The position numbers and the translations under genes are program-made. Shown here piece by piece: positions 38,167 to 48,900 of a stretch of 64,000 bases of DNA. Every line of letters begins with the position of its first letter. The stretch's first letter is position 1. Source of the DNA: Candidatus Hydrogenedentota bacterium (GTDB lineage Bacteria > Hydrogenedentota > Hydrogenedentia > Hydrogenedentales > SLHB01); contig BTVY01000027.1 in NCBI GenBank assembly GCA_045863335.1, positions 34,369 through 98,368 of the forward strand, in the 5' to 3' direction. Under the pieces are notes generated by a model. That model searched no databases, was not told where the DNA came from, and worked only from the letters and a program-made list of their open reading frames with translations.

Positions 38167-40485
38167 TCATCCCCGCTCCGTCACGGTTTCCGGCAGCCGC
38201 TCGCTTGGCCGTTCCAGTTGTTCCATGGCCGGGTCGCTTTCGCCCGTTACCGACCAGCCCGTCTTCAGTCCGAGCACGAACCAACCCAGCGCCAAGACGC
38301 CGATGGCGAAGATCGTGTCGCCGATGACGCGCATCCAGCGCAAGATGTCCATTAGACCCGTACCCATAAACTCGGCCGATCGGGCGTACCACATACCCTC
38401 ATTGACACTCGCCCACACCTGCATGAGTCCGCGCGGCAAATCGCTCAACAAGACCATCAGCGCCAGGCCGATATTGATCGACCAGAACGCAAAGGACAGG
38501 ACCGATGTTTTCCACACGTTACGGGCGGCGAGTCCCTTCAGGCAGAACAAGGTCAGACCGATGCCCAGCATCCCGTACACACCGAAGAGCGCGGTGTGAC
38601 CGTGCACGGGCGTCGTGTTCAGCCCCTGCATGTAATAGAGGGCGATGGGCGGGTTAATAAGGAATCCGAAGATCCCCGCGCCGACGAGGTTCCAGAAGGC
38701 GACCGCCACGAAGCAGTAGATGGGCCATTTGTACGCGGTCACCCAAGGCTTAGCCTTGCTCAACGTGAGGTTCTCATACGCCTCAAATCCGATCAGCACG
38801 AGCGGCACGACTTCCAGTGCGCTGAATACCGATCCCAAGGCCAACACCGCCGTCGGCGTGCCCGTAAAGTACAGGTGATGGAAGGTCCCAATGATTCCAC
38901 CGGCGAGGAAAATACTCGTCGCGAACAACACAGCCCCCGTCGCCGTCGCGGTCTTCAGCAATCCCATCCGCGTGAACAGGAAGGCGATGACCACCGTGGC
39001 GAACACCTCGAAGAAGCCCTCCACCCACAGATGGACCACCCACCAGCGCCAGTACTCGGCGATAGCGAGGTGCGTTTGCTGTCCCCACGTAAGCCCCGCG
39101 CCGTAGAACACGGCAATCGCCAGGCTCGAAATGAAGAACAGGACCAGCAGGTGCCGGTTCGGTCCGGGTTGCCGTAACGCGGGCCACAAGGCGCGTCCCA
39201 TGAGGCCGAGCCAGATGAACAAGCCGGCAAACAGGAAGATCTGCCAGAAGCGTCCAAGGTCCACATACTCGTAACCCTGGTGACCAAACCAGAAGTTCGC
39301 GGTCAATCCCATCTTCTGCCGCGTGCCGTACCAGGTGCCGAACATGGACCCGACGACGATGACGAGCAACGCCACGAAGAGCACGTTCACGCCCAGCCGC
39401 TGAAATTTCGGTTCGTGACCCGACACCGCCGGTGCGATAAAGAGTCCCGTCGCCAACCACGCCGTCGCAATCCAGAAGATGGCGAGTTGCGTGTGCCACG
39501 TGCGCGTCACTGCGTACGGCAGGATTTCAGCGAGCGGGATCCCGTAGAACCCGGATCCCTCCACGCCGTAATGGGCCGTCACCGCGCCCATGCCCACCTG
39601 AAACACAATCAACCCAACGACGACCCAGAAATACTTCAGCGTGGCCATCATGGACGGTGTCGGATTCAACGCCAGGAGGGGGTCCACGGCAGGCGGTTCG
39701 ATCTCGTGGTCTTCCTTGTGCTTCAGAATGGCGTAGTACCACGCCAGCGCGCCGACACCCGCAAGCAGCAACACAAAGCTCACCACCGACCAAACCACGT
39801 TCGAAGCGGTCGGCTCGTTGTCGATAAGCGGTTCGGGCGGCCAATTCTGCGTATAGGTGTGTTCAGCGTCCGGCCGGTTCGTGCCGCAGGCCCACGCCGT
39901 CCAGAAATAAAAGGCGTTCAAATTCGCGCGGCGCTCCGGGTCCGGCATCACGTTGTTCGGGATCGCGTAGGCTTCCCGAAGCTCGTCCAGTTCCGGGTCG
40001 CCGCTGAAAAGTTTCTCGTAATGTTCGCCCACCGCCGCAATGGCCTGCGCGCGCACGGGCGATACGACAATGGTGTTCGTCTGCGGATCATACGTGTTGG
40101 TGCGCAGCTCGGCCTTCACCCGGGCTTTCAGCGCCGCGGCCCGCTCATTGTCGAGTTCCGCGTAGCTCGCAACCCCGTGTTCCTCGCTTGCCCAGTGATT
40201 GAGCAGCCATTCCGCTTCCCGGTGCAACCAGTCCGCCGACCAGTCTGGTGCCACGTAGGAGCCATGGCCCCATATCGTGCCCATCTGCTGGCCCCCTGCC
40301 GATTGCCACGCGTTCTGGCCGTCGCGTATGTTGCTGCCCGTGAAGACCACGGTGCCGTCCGTCGTCGCGACCGCATCCGGTATGGGCGGGATCTTCCGGT
40401 AGATGTCCCACCCAAAATACAGGAGTACCGCGAAGGATGCTCCTATTACGACTGCCAGCGTGACCCACAACCCTCGATAATTCAT
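38167..40485 (-). CDS. norB: quinol-dependent nitric oxide reductase (qNor/NorZ)
   Basis: GHGSYVAPDWSADWLHRE, RTWHTQL, VHLWVEGFFEVF, GTFHHLYF, HGHTALFGVYG. Confidence 0.95.
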   Translation of the reverse strand: MNYRGLWVTLAVVIGASFAVLLYFGWDIYRKIPPIPDAVATTDGTVVFTGSNIRDGQNAWQSAGGQQMGTIWGHGSYVAPDWSADWLHREAEWLLNHWASEEHGVASYAELDNERAAALKARVKAELRTNTYDPQTNTIVVSPVRAQAIAAVGEHYEKLFSGDPELDELREAYAIPNNVMPDPERRANLNAFYFWTAWACGTNRPDAEHTYTQNWPPEPLIDNEPTASNVVWSVVSFVLLLAGVGALAWYYAILKHKEDHEIEPPAVDPLLALNPTPSMMATLKYFWVVVGLIVFQVGMGAVTAHYGVEGSGFYGIPLAEILPYAVTRTWHTQLAIFWIATAWLATGLFIAPAVSGHEPKFQRLGVNVLFVALLVIVVGSMFGTWYGTRQKMGLTANFWFGHQGYEYVDLGRFWQIFLFAGLFIWLGLMGRALWPALRQPGPNRHLLVLFFISSLAIAVFYGAGLTWGQQTHLAIAEYWRWWVVHLWVEGFFEVFATVVIAFLFTRMGLLKTATATGAVLFATSIFLAGGIIGTFHHLYFTGTPTAVLALGSVFSALEVVPLVLIGFEAYENLTLSKAKPWVTAYKWPIYCFVAVAFWNLVGAGIFGFLINPPIALYYMQGLNTTPVHGHTALFGVYGMLGIGLTLFCLKGLAARNVWKTSVLSFAFWSINIGLALMVLLSDLPRGLMQVWASVNEGMWYARSAEFMGTGLMDILRWMRVIGDTIFAIGVLALGWFVLGLKTGWSVTGESDPAMEQLERPSERLPETVTERG

Positions 40486-40653
40486 TCCTGGTTCCTCCCT
40501 CGCTTACTGCGGTGCACACCATTCACCCCGGTACTTCTTCGGAGCCGCGCCCACACGACCGTGAATCCCACCTGAGACTCTCTAAACAGGTAAACGATAT
40601 GCATGATTACAAAGATTCCTGATTAAACGCCACTTCACCGCACGCACGGCTAC

Positions 40654-42534
40654 TCAAACTGGGGTCGTCCTGAGCGGCCGCGGCGACGGGTCCGCGCCCG
40701 CGCGCCCGGCGCACTGCGACTCCACGTGGCGGTTTATGTCCTCGACCAATCTCGTCAGGTCCACGTCCAGGATTCTGGCCGCTTGCTCGACCGATACGGT
40801 CGCCGCCATGGTTCTCCTCAGGATCGGGTTTGCGAGCGGCTTGAATCCGTGGCTGAGGAACACGTCCAAGGTGCCGGGATACACGCGCAACACTTCGGCC
40901 ACCACGTTGCTCCCGGTGACGGGGCGCCCCGACTCGAGCGAAATTCGCCGCACCGTGGGCCGTGCGGCGCGTGCGTGGAGCCGCCCGTTCATAATGGCCC
41001 ACAAATGAACGCCCCATACCGCCAGACCGGAGACTTCCAGAATGCCGCTCACGCCCGCTATGGGGAATGCCACTTCCGTGAAATCGGTGAGGGTTTGAAA
41101 GCCAACCCGCATGGCGCATCCCAGGTTTATCAGGATGAACGGCAGCCACAGCGCATTCAGCCCGCGGACATCCACGCCTTTCAGCGTGGGCACGACCTTC
41201 GCTGCGACGCCCATGATCATGAGGCTGATGAAACCGACCGTGATCGCGTGCCGGATCGCGCCGTAATAGGCGTGGGAGAAGCCGAGCTGCGCGGCCTCGC
41301 TCTCGGGCGCCAGCGCGCGGAGCAAGCCGAACTGATACAGCGGCAGCGCAACCAGCATGGCCAACGAGAGGAAGAGCCAGGCATAGGCCGTGCGCAGGAA
41401 CTTGAGGCTGCGGTCCCCCTCATGGGAGGGACGATAGATATGCCAGCCCCAGACCAAAACAAGAACGGTCGCGGCCATCACGATGACCGACCCATACCAG
41501 AGCGCGGTCCACGCGTGACCGGCCCTGCGCATCAGCACGAACCCTGCACTCTCGCCAATGACCGCGAGATTCAGCAGCACCAACGCTGTCATGCTCACGC
41601 CACACCGGGGCGCCGTGAGACCGTAAAAATTATGAAACAACCGTTGGCTGACGCCCAAAATCATGAGCAGTGCGAATCCGTGGATCTGGATGTCCCGCAG
41701 CGGCGCCTGCCACGTCGCCACCAGGCCGAGCAGCGCATCGCGATTCGGCGCCAGCGCGGTCGCCGTGAAATAGACGGTGCCGTACACCGCTTGAACGAAG
41801 AACCAAACCAATGCGCTCAGGATGTAATAGTCGTAAAACGCGAACGGCTTGCCGGACCCGCGCAGCGTTTTCCAGATGATCCCGATGAAGGCGGCGATCG
41901 CGATCACTTCAAGAATCGACCCGGCCACGCCCGCGCTGAGCGTCCAAGGCGCGTAGGGGAGTAGGGCCTGACCGCCGGAACGCAGAACGATCCCGGCGAG
42001 CATGAGCCAGAGCGTCGCCAGGGCCGCGTGAGGATGGGCCAGCGTGGTGTGTTTGAAACGCGGGAAAGCTTGGTACGCAAACCCCATCACGAAGAGTCCC
42101 ACCCAACCGAAGATCTGCGCGTGACCGTGGGCGTTGACCTCGTGAATGCCCACCGCCGTAAAGGATCCGGAGAAGGCGATGCGCACCAGCAGGAATGCCC
42201 CCCACAAGGCGCCGAGGGTCAACACGAGTGCGATGCCGCCTTTGAAGAAGGGCATGTAGATCGTGTCCGCGACCGTGTCAGATGCCGCGATGTCGCCTTG
42301 CCCATCCTGCTCTGGTTCGGCGAGGCATGCTCGAACCTCGTGCAGCAGTTGCTCCTCCGGCACCCCGTGGGCGCGCGCGAAGAAGCCCAGCGATTCCATA
42401 GGGCCAAACTCGCCGCCGCAACCCCGAAGCCCGTACCGGTCCAGCACAGGGCGGACCTGCGGCGCCGCCCGCAACAGGTCGGGCAACATGGTGTCGAAGT
42501 CGACCGTATCTAGGACAGTGTCGACGGTACTCAT
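40654..42534 (-). CDS. NnrS-like multi-TM protein with N- and C-terminal DUF1858/ScdA_N-like domains
   Basis: AHGHAQIFGWVGLFVMG, RHAITVGF, about 12 TM segments, terminal small domains. Lies between Rrf2 and qNor. Confidence 0.75.
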   Translation of the reverse strand: MSTVDTVLDTVDFDTMLPDLLRAAPQVRPVLDRYGLRGCGGEFGPMESLGFFARAHGVPEEQLLHEVRACLAEPEQDGQGDIAASDTVADTIYMPFFKGGIALVLTLGALWGAFLLVRIAFSGSFTAVGIHEVNAHGHAQIFGWVGLFVMGFAYQAFPRFKHTTLAHPHAALATLWLMLAGIVLRSGGQALLPYAPWTLSAGVAGSILEVIAIAAFIGIIWKTLRGSGKPFAFYDYYILSALVWFFVQAVYGTVYFTATALAPNRDALLGLVATWQAPLRDIQIHGFALLMILGVSQRLFHNFYGLTAPRCGVSMTALVLLNLAVIGESAGFVLMRRAGHAWTALWYGSVIVMAATVLVLVWGWHIYRPSHEGDRSLKFLRTAYAWLFLSLAMLVALPLYQFGLLRALAPESEAAQLGFSHAYYGAIRHAITVGFISLMIMGVAAKVVPTLKGVDVRGLNALWLPFILINLGCAMRVGFQTLTDFTEVAFPIAGVSGILEVSGLAVWGVHLWAIMNGRLHARAARPTVRRISLESGRPVTGSNVVAEVLRVYPGTLDVFLSHGFKPLANPILRRTMAATVSVEQAARILDVDLTRLVEDINRHVESQCAGRAGADPSPRPLRTTPV

Positions 42535-42595
42535 TGGGGTTCTCCTTCTAATCGCATGCTATTATCTGATTTTGGGTCAAAAAAAGAGACCAGTG

Positions 42596-43018
42596 CTACG
42601 ACATCAACGCCGGCAGGGGAGTTCCCGCCGCGATGTCTGCAACAGTCGATTCCTTTAACATACTGAAGAACTCGTCCCGCACGCGCGCCCAACGCACATG
42701 CATCGCGCAGGGACTCTCCGGCGAACACTGCTTGCGCCCCATGAAGCAGCCGGTCCATTTGCTGATATGGTCGATCGGCTCCACCACGTCGTACAGCGAT
42801 ATCGAGGAGGCCTTGCGCGCAAGGCGAAATCCGCCGCCAATACCCTTCTGCGAATACACAATGCCCTCCTGAGCCAGCGACTGAAGCAGCTTGCCCAGGT
42901 AATTCGCCGGTGCGCCGATCTCCTCGGCGATGGATGTCGCGCCGCGAAACTGGCCTTCGGGAAGCTCGGCAAGTTGGGCCACGGCATGAAGGGCGTGCAA
43001 CGCTGTTTTTGAGAGCAT
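42596..43018 (-). CDS. Rrf2 family Fe-S transcriptional regulator
   Basis: YLGKLLQSL...KGIGGGFRLAR, Cys triad CFMGRKQCSPESPCAMH. Confidence 0.93.
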   Translation of the reverse strand: MLSKTALHALHAVAQLAELPEGQFRGATSIAEEIGAPANYLGKLLQSLAQEGIVYSQKGIGGGFRLARKASSISLYDVVEPIDHISKWTGCFMGRKQCSPESPCAMHVRWARVRDEFFSMLKESTVADIAAGTPLPALMS

Positions 43019-43039
43019 ATCAACCTCTTTTCACATGTG

Positions 43040-43068
43040 ATTATATATTTTAGGTCGCCATTTGTCAA
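43040..43068 (-). promoter_or_regulatory. perfect-consensus sigma70 promoter of the NO cluster
   Basis: Minus strand TTGACA, 17 bp spacer, TATAAT. Palindrome TCACATGTGA at 43031-43040 covers the likely start site. Confidence 0.85.
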
Positions 43069-43289
43069 CTATCCATTCGTTGGATGTAAGTCATTGTTTT
43101 GTAATGATTTGACGATCATGTGCCGTGGCGGGTCTGAGCGGGGAGCAGGCGTTTCCGCCTAACCAGGAGCGCGTTCATATCGGCCCGAGAATAATGGTAG
43201 TTGCAAACGTGAAGTGCATTGCGTCGCGTGCTAACGTGGAGCCCGCAACAGAGTTTCCGACACGGATGATCTGTATCAGGGGATGAACG

Positions 43290-45164
43290 ATGACGATTCC
43301 AAACCAATCTGTACGAGTAATTGTAATGATGGCGTGCGTCGTAGGCATGTGGAGTCTTGGTGCGTTTGCGCAAGACGGTCAGTACGCCGTTGACCCTGCC
43401 AAATTCGAAGGCATGTTGCGCGAGGGCCATCCGCGGCTCATGTTGCTCGACGACCGGCTGGCCGAATTGAAAGCGGCCGCGCCATCCGACCCGGCGCTCC
43501 AGTCCTACGTGTCCCAGGTGATCGAGCAGGCCGACAGCGTCCTCGACGAGCCCAAGCTCGAGCACGTGCTCGCTGGGCCGCGTTTGCTCAGCGTCAGTCG
43601 CAATTGCGTGCGCCGGATCTACGCGCTCGGCCTCGCCTGGCGGTGGACCGGTGACGAGAAATACGCCCGCGCCGCGGAAGACAACTTGCTCACGGTTTGC
43701 GCCTTTCCCGACTGGAATCCGTCTCACTTTCTGGATACCGCGGAAATGTCCCACGCGGTCGGCGTCGGGTACGACTGGTTCTATTCGTACCTCTCCGACG
43801 AATCCCGGCAGAAGATTCGCGACGGCCTGATCGAACTCGGTATGAAACCCGGCAAGATTGCCTACGAAAACGACGTCTGGTGGGCCAAGTCGGAATTCAA
43901 CTGGAACCAGGTATGCAACGCTGGATTGACCGTCGGCGCGCTCGCCATCGCGGAAACCAATCCCGAATGGATGGAGTTCATCGTGCCGCGCGCCGTCGCG
44001 TCGCTTCCGAAGGCCCTGGCCGCTTATGGTCCCGACGGCGCATGGATGGAAGGCCCCGGCTACTGGCACTACGCGACGCGTTACACCGCGTACGGACTCT
44101 GCGCCATGGATACTGCGCTCGGAACGGATTTTGGTTTGTCGGGTATCGAAGGACTTTCCGTGACCGGCCTGTTTCCGACGTACACGACCGGGCCCACCGG
44201 CCTCCTGCTCAATTACGCCGACAGCGGCGAGCGCAGCAGCCGCCGGCCTATGCCCTGCATGTTTTGGCTTGCCCAAAAGTACGGCAATGCGTTCATCGGC
44301 GACGCCGAACACGCGGTCGTGTCGGAGCAGGGCGCCGATCCCTTGCACGTCGTTTGGTATGTGGCGCCGTCCGGCAAAGCGCTCGGGGAACGCGATCTCG
44401 ATCGCCATTTTGAGAGTCCCGTGGACATCATCGTCATGCGGAGCGCCTGGGACGATCCAAACGCCCTGTTCGTCGGCGTCAAGGGCGGCTACAACCAGGT
44501 CAATCACGGGCATCTCGATCTCGGCAACTTCGAGATCGACGCCCTCGGCGTGCGCTGGGCACGGGACCTGGGCTCGGACAACTACAATTTGCCCGGCTAC
44601 TGGGACAGGAAGCCGGGCGGCGACCGTTGGCAGTATTACCGCCTGAACTCCCAAAGCCACAACATGCCGCTGCTGAACGGCGAGGATCAGGACGCAGGCG
44701 CTGTCGCGAAGGTGCTGCGGTTTGAGTCGAATCCCGGCCACGCCTTCGTGACGCTCGACTTGACCAGCGCCTACTACAAGCAAGCGACAAAGGTCACGCG
44801 CGGCGTGTCTTTGACCAACGACCGGAAAGCAGTTCTCGTGCAAGACGAGTTCGTGCTTTCCGAACCCTGCGAGATCCAATGGGGCATGACCACCGACGCC
44901 CATATCGAGCCCCACAGCGACGGCACCGCCACGCTGACGCTGGACGGAAAGCAACTCATCGCGCGCATCCTTTCGCCCGAAGGCGCCCAGTTTACCGTCG
45001 GCTCCGCTGAGCAGGAAGAACCTCAACGCACGAACAAGGGCGTAAACCGCCTCCTCGTCCGCACGCCCGCCGAAGGCGAAGTCACCATCGCCATCCAACT
45101 CGCACCACTTTGGGGAGACGGCGCCGCGGAGGCGGACGAAGTCGTTGCAGTGAACAACTGGTAA
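43290..45164 (+). CDS. heparinase II/III family protein (polysaccharide lyase-like)
   Basis: Signal peptide, HPRLML, WNPSHFLDTAEM, NWNQVCN, EGPGYW, HGHLDLGNF, SHN. Confidence 0.85.
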   Translation: MTIPNQSVRVIVMMACVVGMWSLGAFAQDGQYAVDPAKFEGMLREGHPRLMLLDDRLAELKAAAPSDPALQSYVSQVIEQADSVLDEPKLEHVLAGPRLLSVSRNCVRRIYALGLAWRWTGDEKYARAAEDNLLTVCAFPDWNPSHFLDTAEMSHAVGVGYDWFYSYLSDESRQKIRDGLIELGMKPGKIAYENDVWWAKSEFNWNQVCNAGLTVGALAIAETNPEWMEFIVPRAVASLPKALAAYGPDGAWMEGPGYWHYATRYTAYGLCAMDTALGTDFGLSGIEGLSVTGLFPTYTTGPTGLLLNYADSGERSSRRPMPCMFWLAQKYGNAFIGDAEHAVVSEQGADPLHVVWYVAPSGKALGERDLDRHFESPVDIIVMRSAWDDPNALFVGVKGGYNQVNHGHLDLGNFEIDALGVRWARDLGSDNYNLPGYWDRKPGGDRWQYYRLNSQSHNMPLLNGEDQDAGAVAKVLRFESNPGHAFVTLDLTSAYYKQATKVTRGVSLTNDRKAVLVQDEFVLSEPCEIQWGMTTDAHIEPHSDGTATLTLDGKQLIARILSPEGAQFTVGSAEQEEPQRTNKGVNRLLVRTPAEGEVTIAIQLAPLWGDGAAEADEVVAVNNW

Positions 45165-45206
45165 CGCTGCGACAACGTGCCCAAAGTAAGTGTTAATTAA
45201 CGCCCT

Positions 45207-45933
45207 GTAGCGCCCGGCTTCCACGCCGGGCGGACTCGGAGACGAAGACTTCTATTCGGCCGAAGCAATCTCTACCCCAAGTGACGCGACGCCCAGCGTG
45301 GAAGCCGGGGCCTACAGGGCGGCTCCATCAACGTAACGACGCGTCATGAACATAAGTCCACGGCCACTCTTGCCAATCGTCGATTAGGCCCGCTTCGACG
45401 GGATTGTTGACGGTATACCGAATCTGGTTATTGATGTCTTCAGTGCATCGAACGATGTGGTCCCGAAATCGAGCTTGCCACGCAATCAGACCCCGTCCCA
45501 CTCGAGTTAGCACCAGTGACTTGGCTGCGCCAATCGCGCGGCCGAGTTTTACGCATCCATCCAAAGAGAGAAGTACCAGATGAACGTGGTCCGGCATTAC
45601 GCAAAGCGCAAGGATTCGATAGCCTTTGTTGGGAAGAACCTCAAGAAAAGTCTCAAACGCCGTTTGTGCGGTTTCCGGCTCTTGAAGCATCGGTTGATGA
45701 TCCGAACAGCACACCGTTATCGCGTACTGCACATCGGGGGAATCATAGTCGAAATCTGGAAGCCGGACCGATCGGCTTCTACCGTAGGTCTTGTACTCTC
45801 TTCGACTTTTCATCATCGATCTCCATACTGCCGTTTACAGGCCTCATAGAGACTTCCCCTGTAGCGCCCGGCTTCCACGCCGGGCGTAGGGTCACTGGCT
45901 CCGAACCCGCCCGGCGTGGAAGCCGGGCGCTAC
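45207..45933. mobile_element. REPtron: RAYT gene flanked by two GTAG-REP doublets
   Basis: REP GTAGCGCCCGGCTTCCACGCCGGGCG at 45207-45232 and 45861-45886. Inverted copies at 45290-45315 (3 mismatches) and 45908-45933 (exact). Confidence 0.9.
45328..45816 (-). CDS. REP-associated tyrosine transposase (RAYT, TnpA-REP)
   Basis: RSVRLPDFDY, YAITVC, MPDHVH (HUH), WQARFRDHIVR, RYTVNNPVEAGL, WPWT. Confidence 0.9.
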   Translation of the reverse strand: MMKSRREYKTYGRSRSVRLPDFDYDSPDVQYAITVCCSDHQPMLQEPETAQTAFETFLEVLPNKGYRILALCVMPDHVHLVLLSLDGCVKLGRAIGAAKSLVLTRVGRGLIAWQARFRDHIVRCTEDINNQIRYTVNNPVEAGLIDDWQEWPWTYVHDASLR

Positions 45934-45983
45934 AGCGGACTCCTGTTGCATCGATGTAGTCGTGCGAAAGCTACCCGCAAGTC

Positions 45984-48900
45984 TCACTCCAACGCAATCT
46001 TCGCCAGGTAAATGCTGGTCTTGTCCTCATGCGACGCGTAGTAGCTCATCCACAGGATCCCGTCGTGCCAGACTAACCCTGGATAACTCGTGTCGCCGCC
46101 GCTGGGCAAGGTCAGCACCGGCTCGTAACTCGTCGTGGTCATCCGCGCGAGCACCGTCTTCGCGCCGCCGGGATAGTAGCGGCCCGCCGCCCAAAGGCTG
46201 CCGTCGGGGATCTGGATGAAGTTCGGGCCGCCGCACTGGTAGTCGGTCTCCGTCCATGACCAATCCGTGTACGGCGGCTGACTGGTTCCGATCCAGCACA
46301 TCTTCGACCCTGCCTCGCGCCGCACGAGCGCGACCATCGTGTCGTCCGGCAGGAATCGCAGGGTCGTCTCATTCGGCCGCTCGGGGATCTCGAACTTCGT
46401 GACCGGCTCGTAATTGACGCCGTCGGTGCTGCGATACAGGTTCAACCGCCATTCCAACGGTTCGCCGGAGTTGATGTTGTACGACACGCCATAGGCCACG
46501 CCATCGTTCCACGTTACGCGCCAGAGCCAGTCGCCTTCGGACAGCACGCGCTGCGGCGCGGTCCAGTTCGTGCCGTCTTCGGAGAACGACACGCGGGGCT
46601 GACGCCCGACCAACTCGTCGTTGCGATAAACCGATCCGCCCATGACCACCATGAGCCGGTTATCCGGCGTGATGGACAGCTTCGGATCGCGGAGGTCGAT
46701 GCCTTCCTCTTCGAGCAATCCGGCGGATTCCCACGTGACGCCGTCCGCCGATGAAATGATTCGCGTCTTGCCATCGCCTTTCACGTGGCCTTCCGCCTCG
46801 CGGAAGGTGCAGTACCAGCGATCGTTGAACCGGATGAGATCGGTAAACGCGTTGTGCCCGCCCTGGTCCCAAATCTTCTCCACGGACAACAGCTCCGGTT
46901 TGCGCGTGCTCTCCGCGCGGAGATTGAGGTCGTCGATGTAGACCGTTGCCGGATGCGTCGCATTCGACACGAACCCATACCAGTTCAGGCGATTGAATTC
47001 GGGACTGCCACAAGCTAGGTCCGTCAACTGCACGGCTTCTTGATCGGGAATCGCAATGGTCAGGTCATACTTGCCATCGGCGGCGCGGCCCAGGGGACAG
47101 GTAATCTTCAAGTCAATCCACGTCCCAAGCGGCGCTTTCGCGACGGCTTGCCCCGACGCCCGGATGGTGCCGTCGGGATCGAACCAGATCGACGGCCCCA
47201 CGCGGTACGGATTGCTGCTGTCGCGCCACTCGTGGTAGAAGGACGCGCCTTCCTCGATACGAATGCTGAACGCGCCCACGGCAAGCCCGCTGCGCAACCC
47301 GGGCCCGTACACCAAGTGCGGATTAAACGATTTGTCCAATCCTTCCGCGTCGGTGAACTTCAAACTGTGCTGTCCCTGCGCCGCGGTCTCCGCCGTCACC
47401 CGAATCTGCGCCGCGCCTTCCTCACCCAAGGTGTCAGCGCCTTTCGCGGTCTGACCCGTCTCGGCCGATTCAAAATCGTCCTTCACATGTTTCGGCTGCG
47501 GCGGCGCGGGCGGAGAGAAGGGTTCGCGCGCGATCTGCTTCGGCGCGTTCACCCATTCGGGATCGCCATAGAGCCCCGCCTTGCTGAAGTCGAAGGGCTC
47601 AAACCCCACCCCCAGCGCGGGCGAACCCTCCTGCAACCGGAAATCGCCGTGTTCCGCATCCACGAACAACGGGTCCGCGATGATCGAATGCTCGTCGTAC
47701 CCGGCCGCTCGCCATTCCTCCCACGACCGGCCGGCGAAATCGATCTCCTGACCGGACGTGTCCCAATACACGTTTCCATCCGCCGTCCAGTTCCCGTTCT
47801 TCCACGTGCTGCCCAGCAGCGATCCGTTGTTGAAATAAACGATGTTGTTTTCGAAGAAGAAGGAGTTGTGCTCCTCCTCGCGCGAACGGATGATCTGCGG
47901 GGTCTGCGAAAACGCCAGGATATTGTTTTCCACGCGGTTGTCGCGCCCGTAGTGCTGGTGGAAGGTGCCGGTCCGCACGTTGTATACGAGATTGTTGGCC
48001 AACAGAATCTCGCTGCTGCCTTCGTCCGTGTAGAGTCCCCAGCCGCCGTAGAGCCGCGGATGGGACCACACGTCATGAATCACGTTTCCAAAGAGCGTGG
48101 TACCCGGCGAAATGCCGAGCGTGTAGATCCCGCCCATGTCGTTGAGTTGTCCGAGACCGATGTTGTGAATGTGGTTGTAGTCAATGTGATTATTGTTCGC
48201 CGAACTCGGCTGGTATCCCCAGGACCATCCCACCGACACGCCCGTATACCGGAAGTCGCAGATTTCGTTGTGCGTCACTTCATTGAAGGAGCTGCGCCCA
48301 ATCCACGCGCCCACCGCCGAACGAAACACCCGGCCGCCGTCGTGAATGAAACAGTTGTCCACCACGTTGCGCGCGCAGACTTCGTTCTCGGTCGCGGGAT
48401 CGCCGCCTTCGCCGATGCGCACACCGCCCGCGCCGAGGTCATAGAGTTCACACTGCCGCAGTTCGTTGTGCTGGCTGCCCGCGCGGAACCAGACGCCGTA
48501 GTTGCCGGCATGCCGCACGTTGCAGTGCTCGAAGGTGCAGTGCCGCGCGCCAACCGTCTGCACGGCCGCATCGACCTTGAACGCCGCCTGCGCGTCGCTG
48601 TGGCCTTCCGGCGCGATGGGGTACTCCGTGAAGTGGAAGTCGAGTCCTTCAAACCGCAGGTGCTCGACAAATTTGCCCTCCGCGGGCGCGCCTTCGAGCA
48701 CGAGCAGTTGCGGCGCCACGGGCGCGACGACCTCCGCGTTTGCCATGTCCTCGCCGGGCATGGGGATGTAGTAGAGCTTTCCGGTCTTTCGGTTCAAATA
48801 CCATTCGCCGGGCTGGTCGAGCCCTTCAAAGAGGTGTTCGACGTAATACCGCTGATCGGGCTGCCAATAGCCGAAGTTCCAACGCGCGGGTCCGGTGAAC

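Noticed and set aside
38167-40485. NO dismutase (Nod) instead of qNor
   Set aside because: Catalytic HLWVEGFFE, HH and HGH, and the quinol-site His (RTWH) and Asp (RVIGD), are all canonical for qNor.
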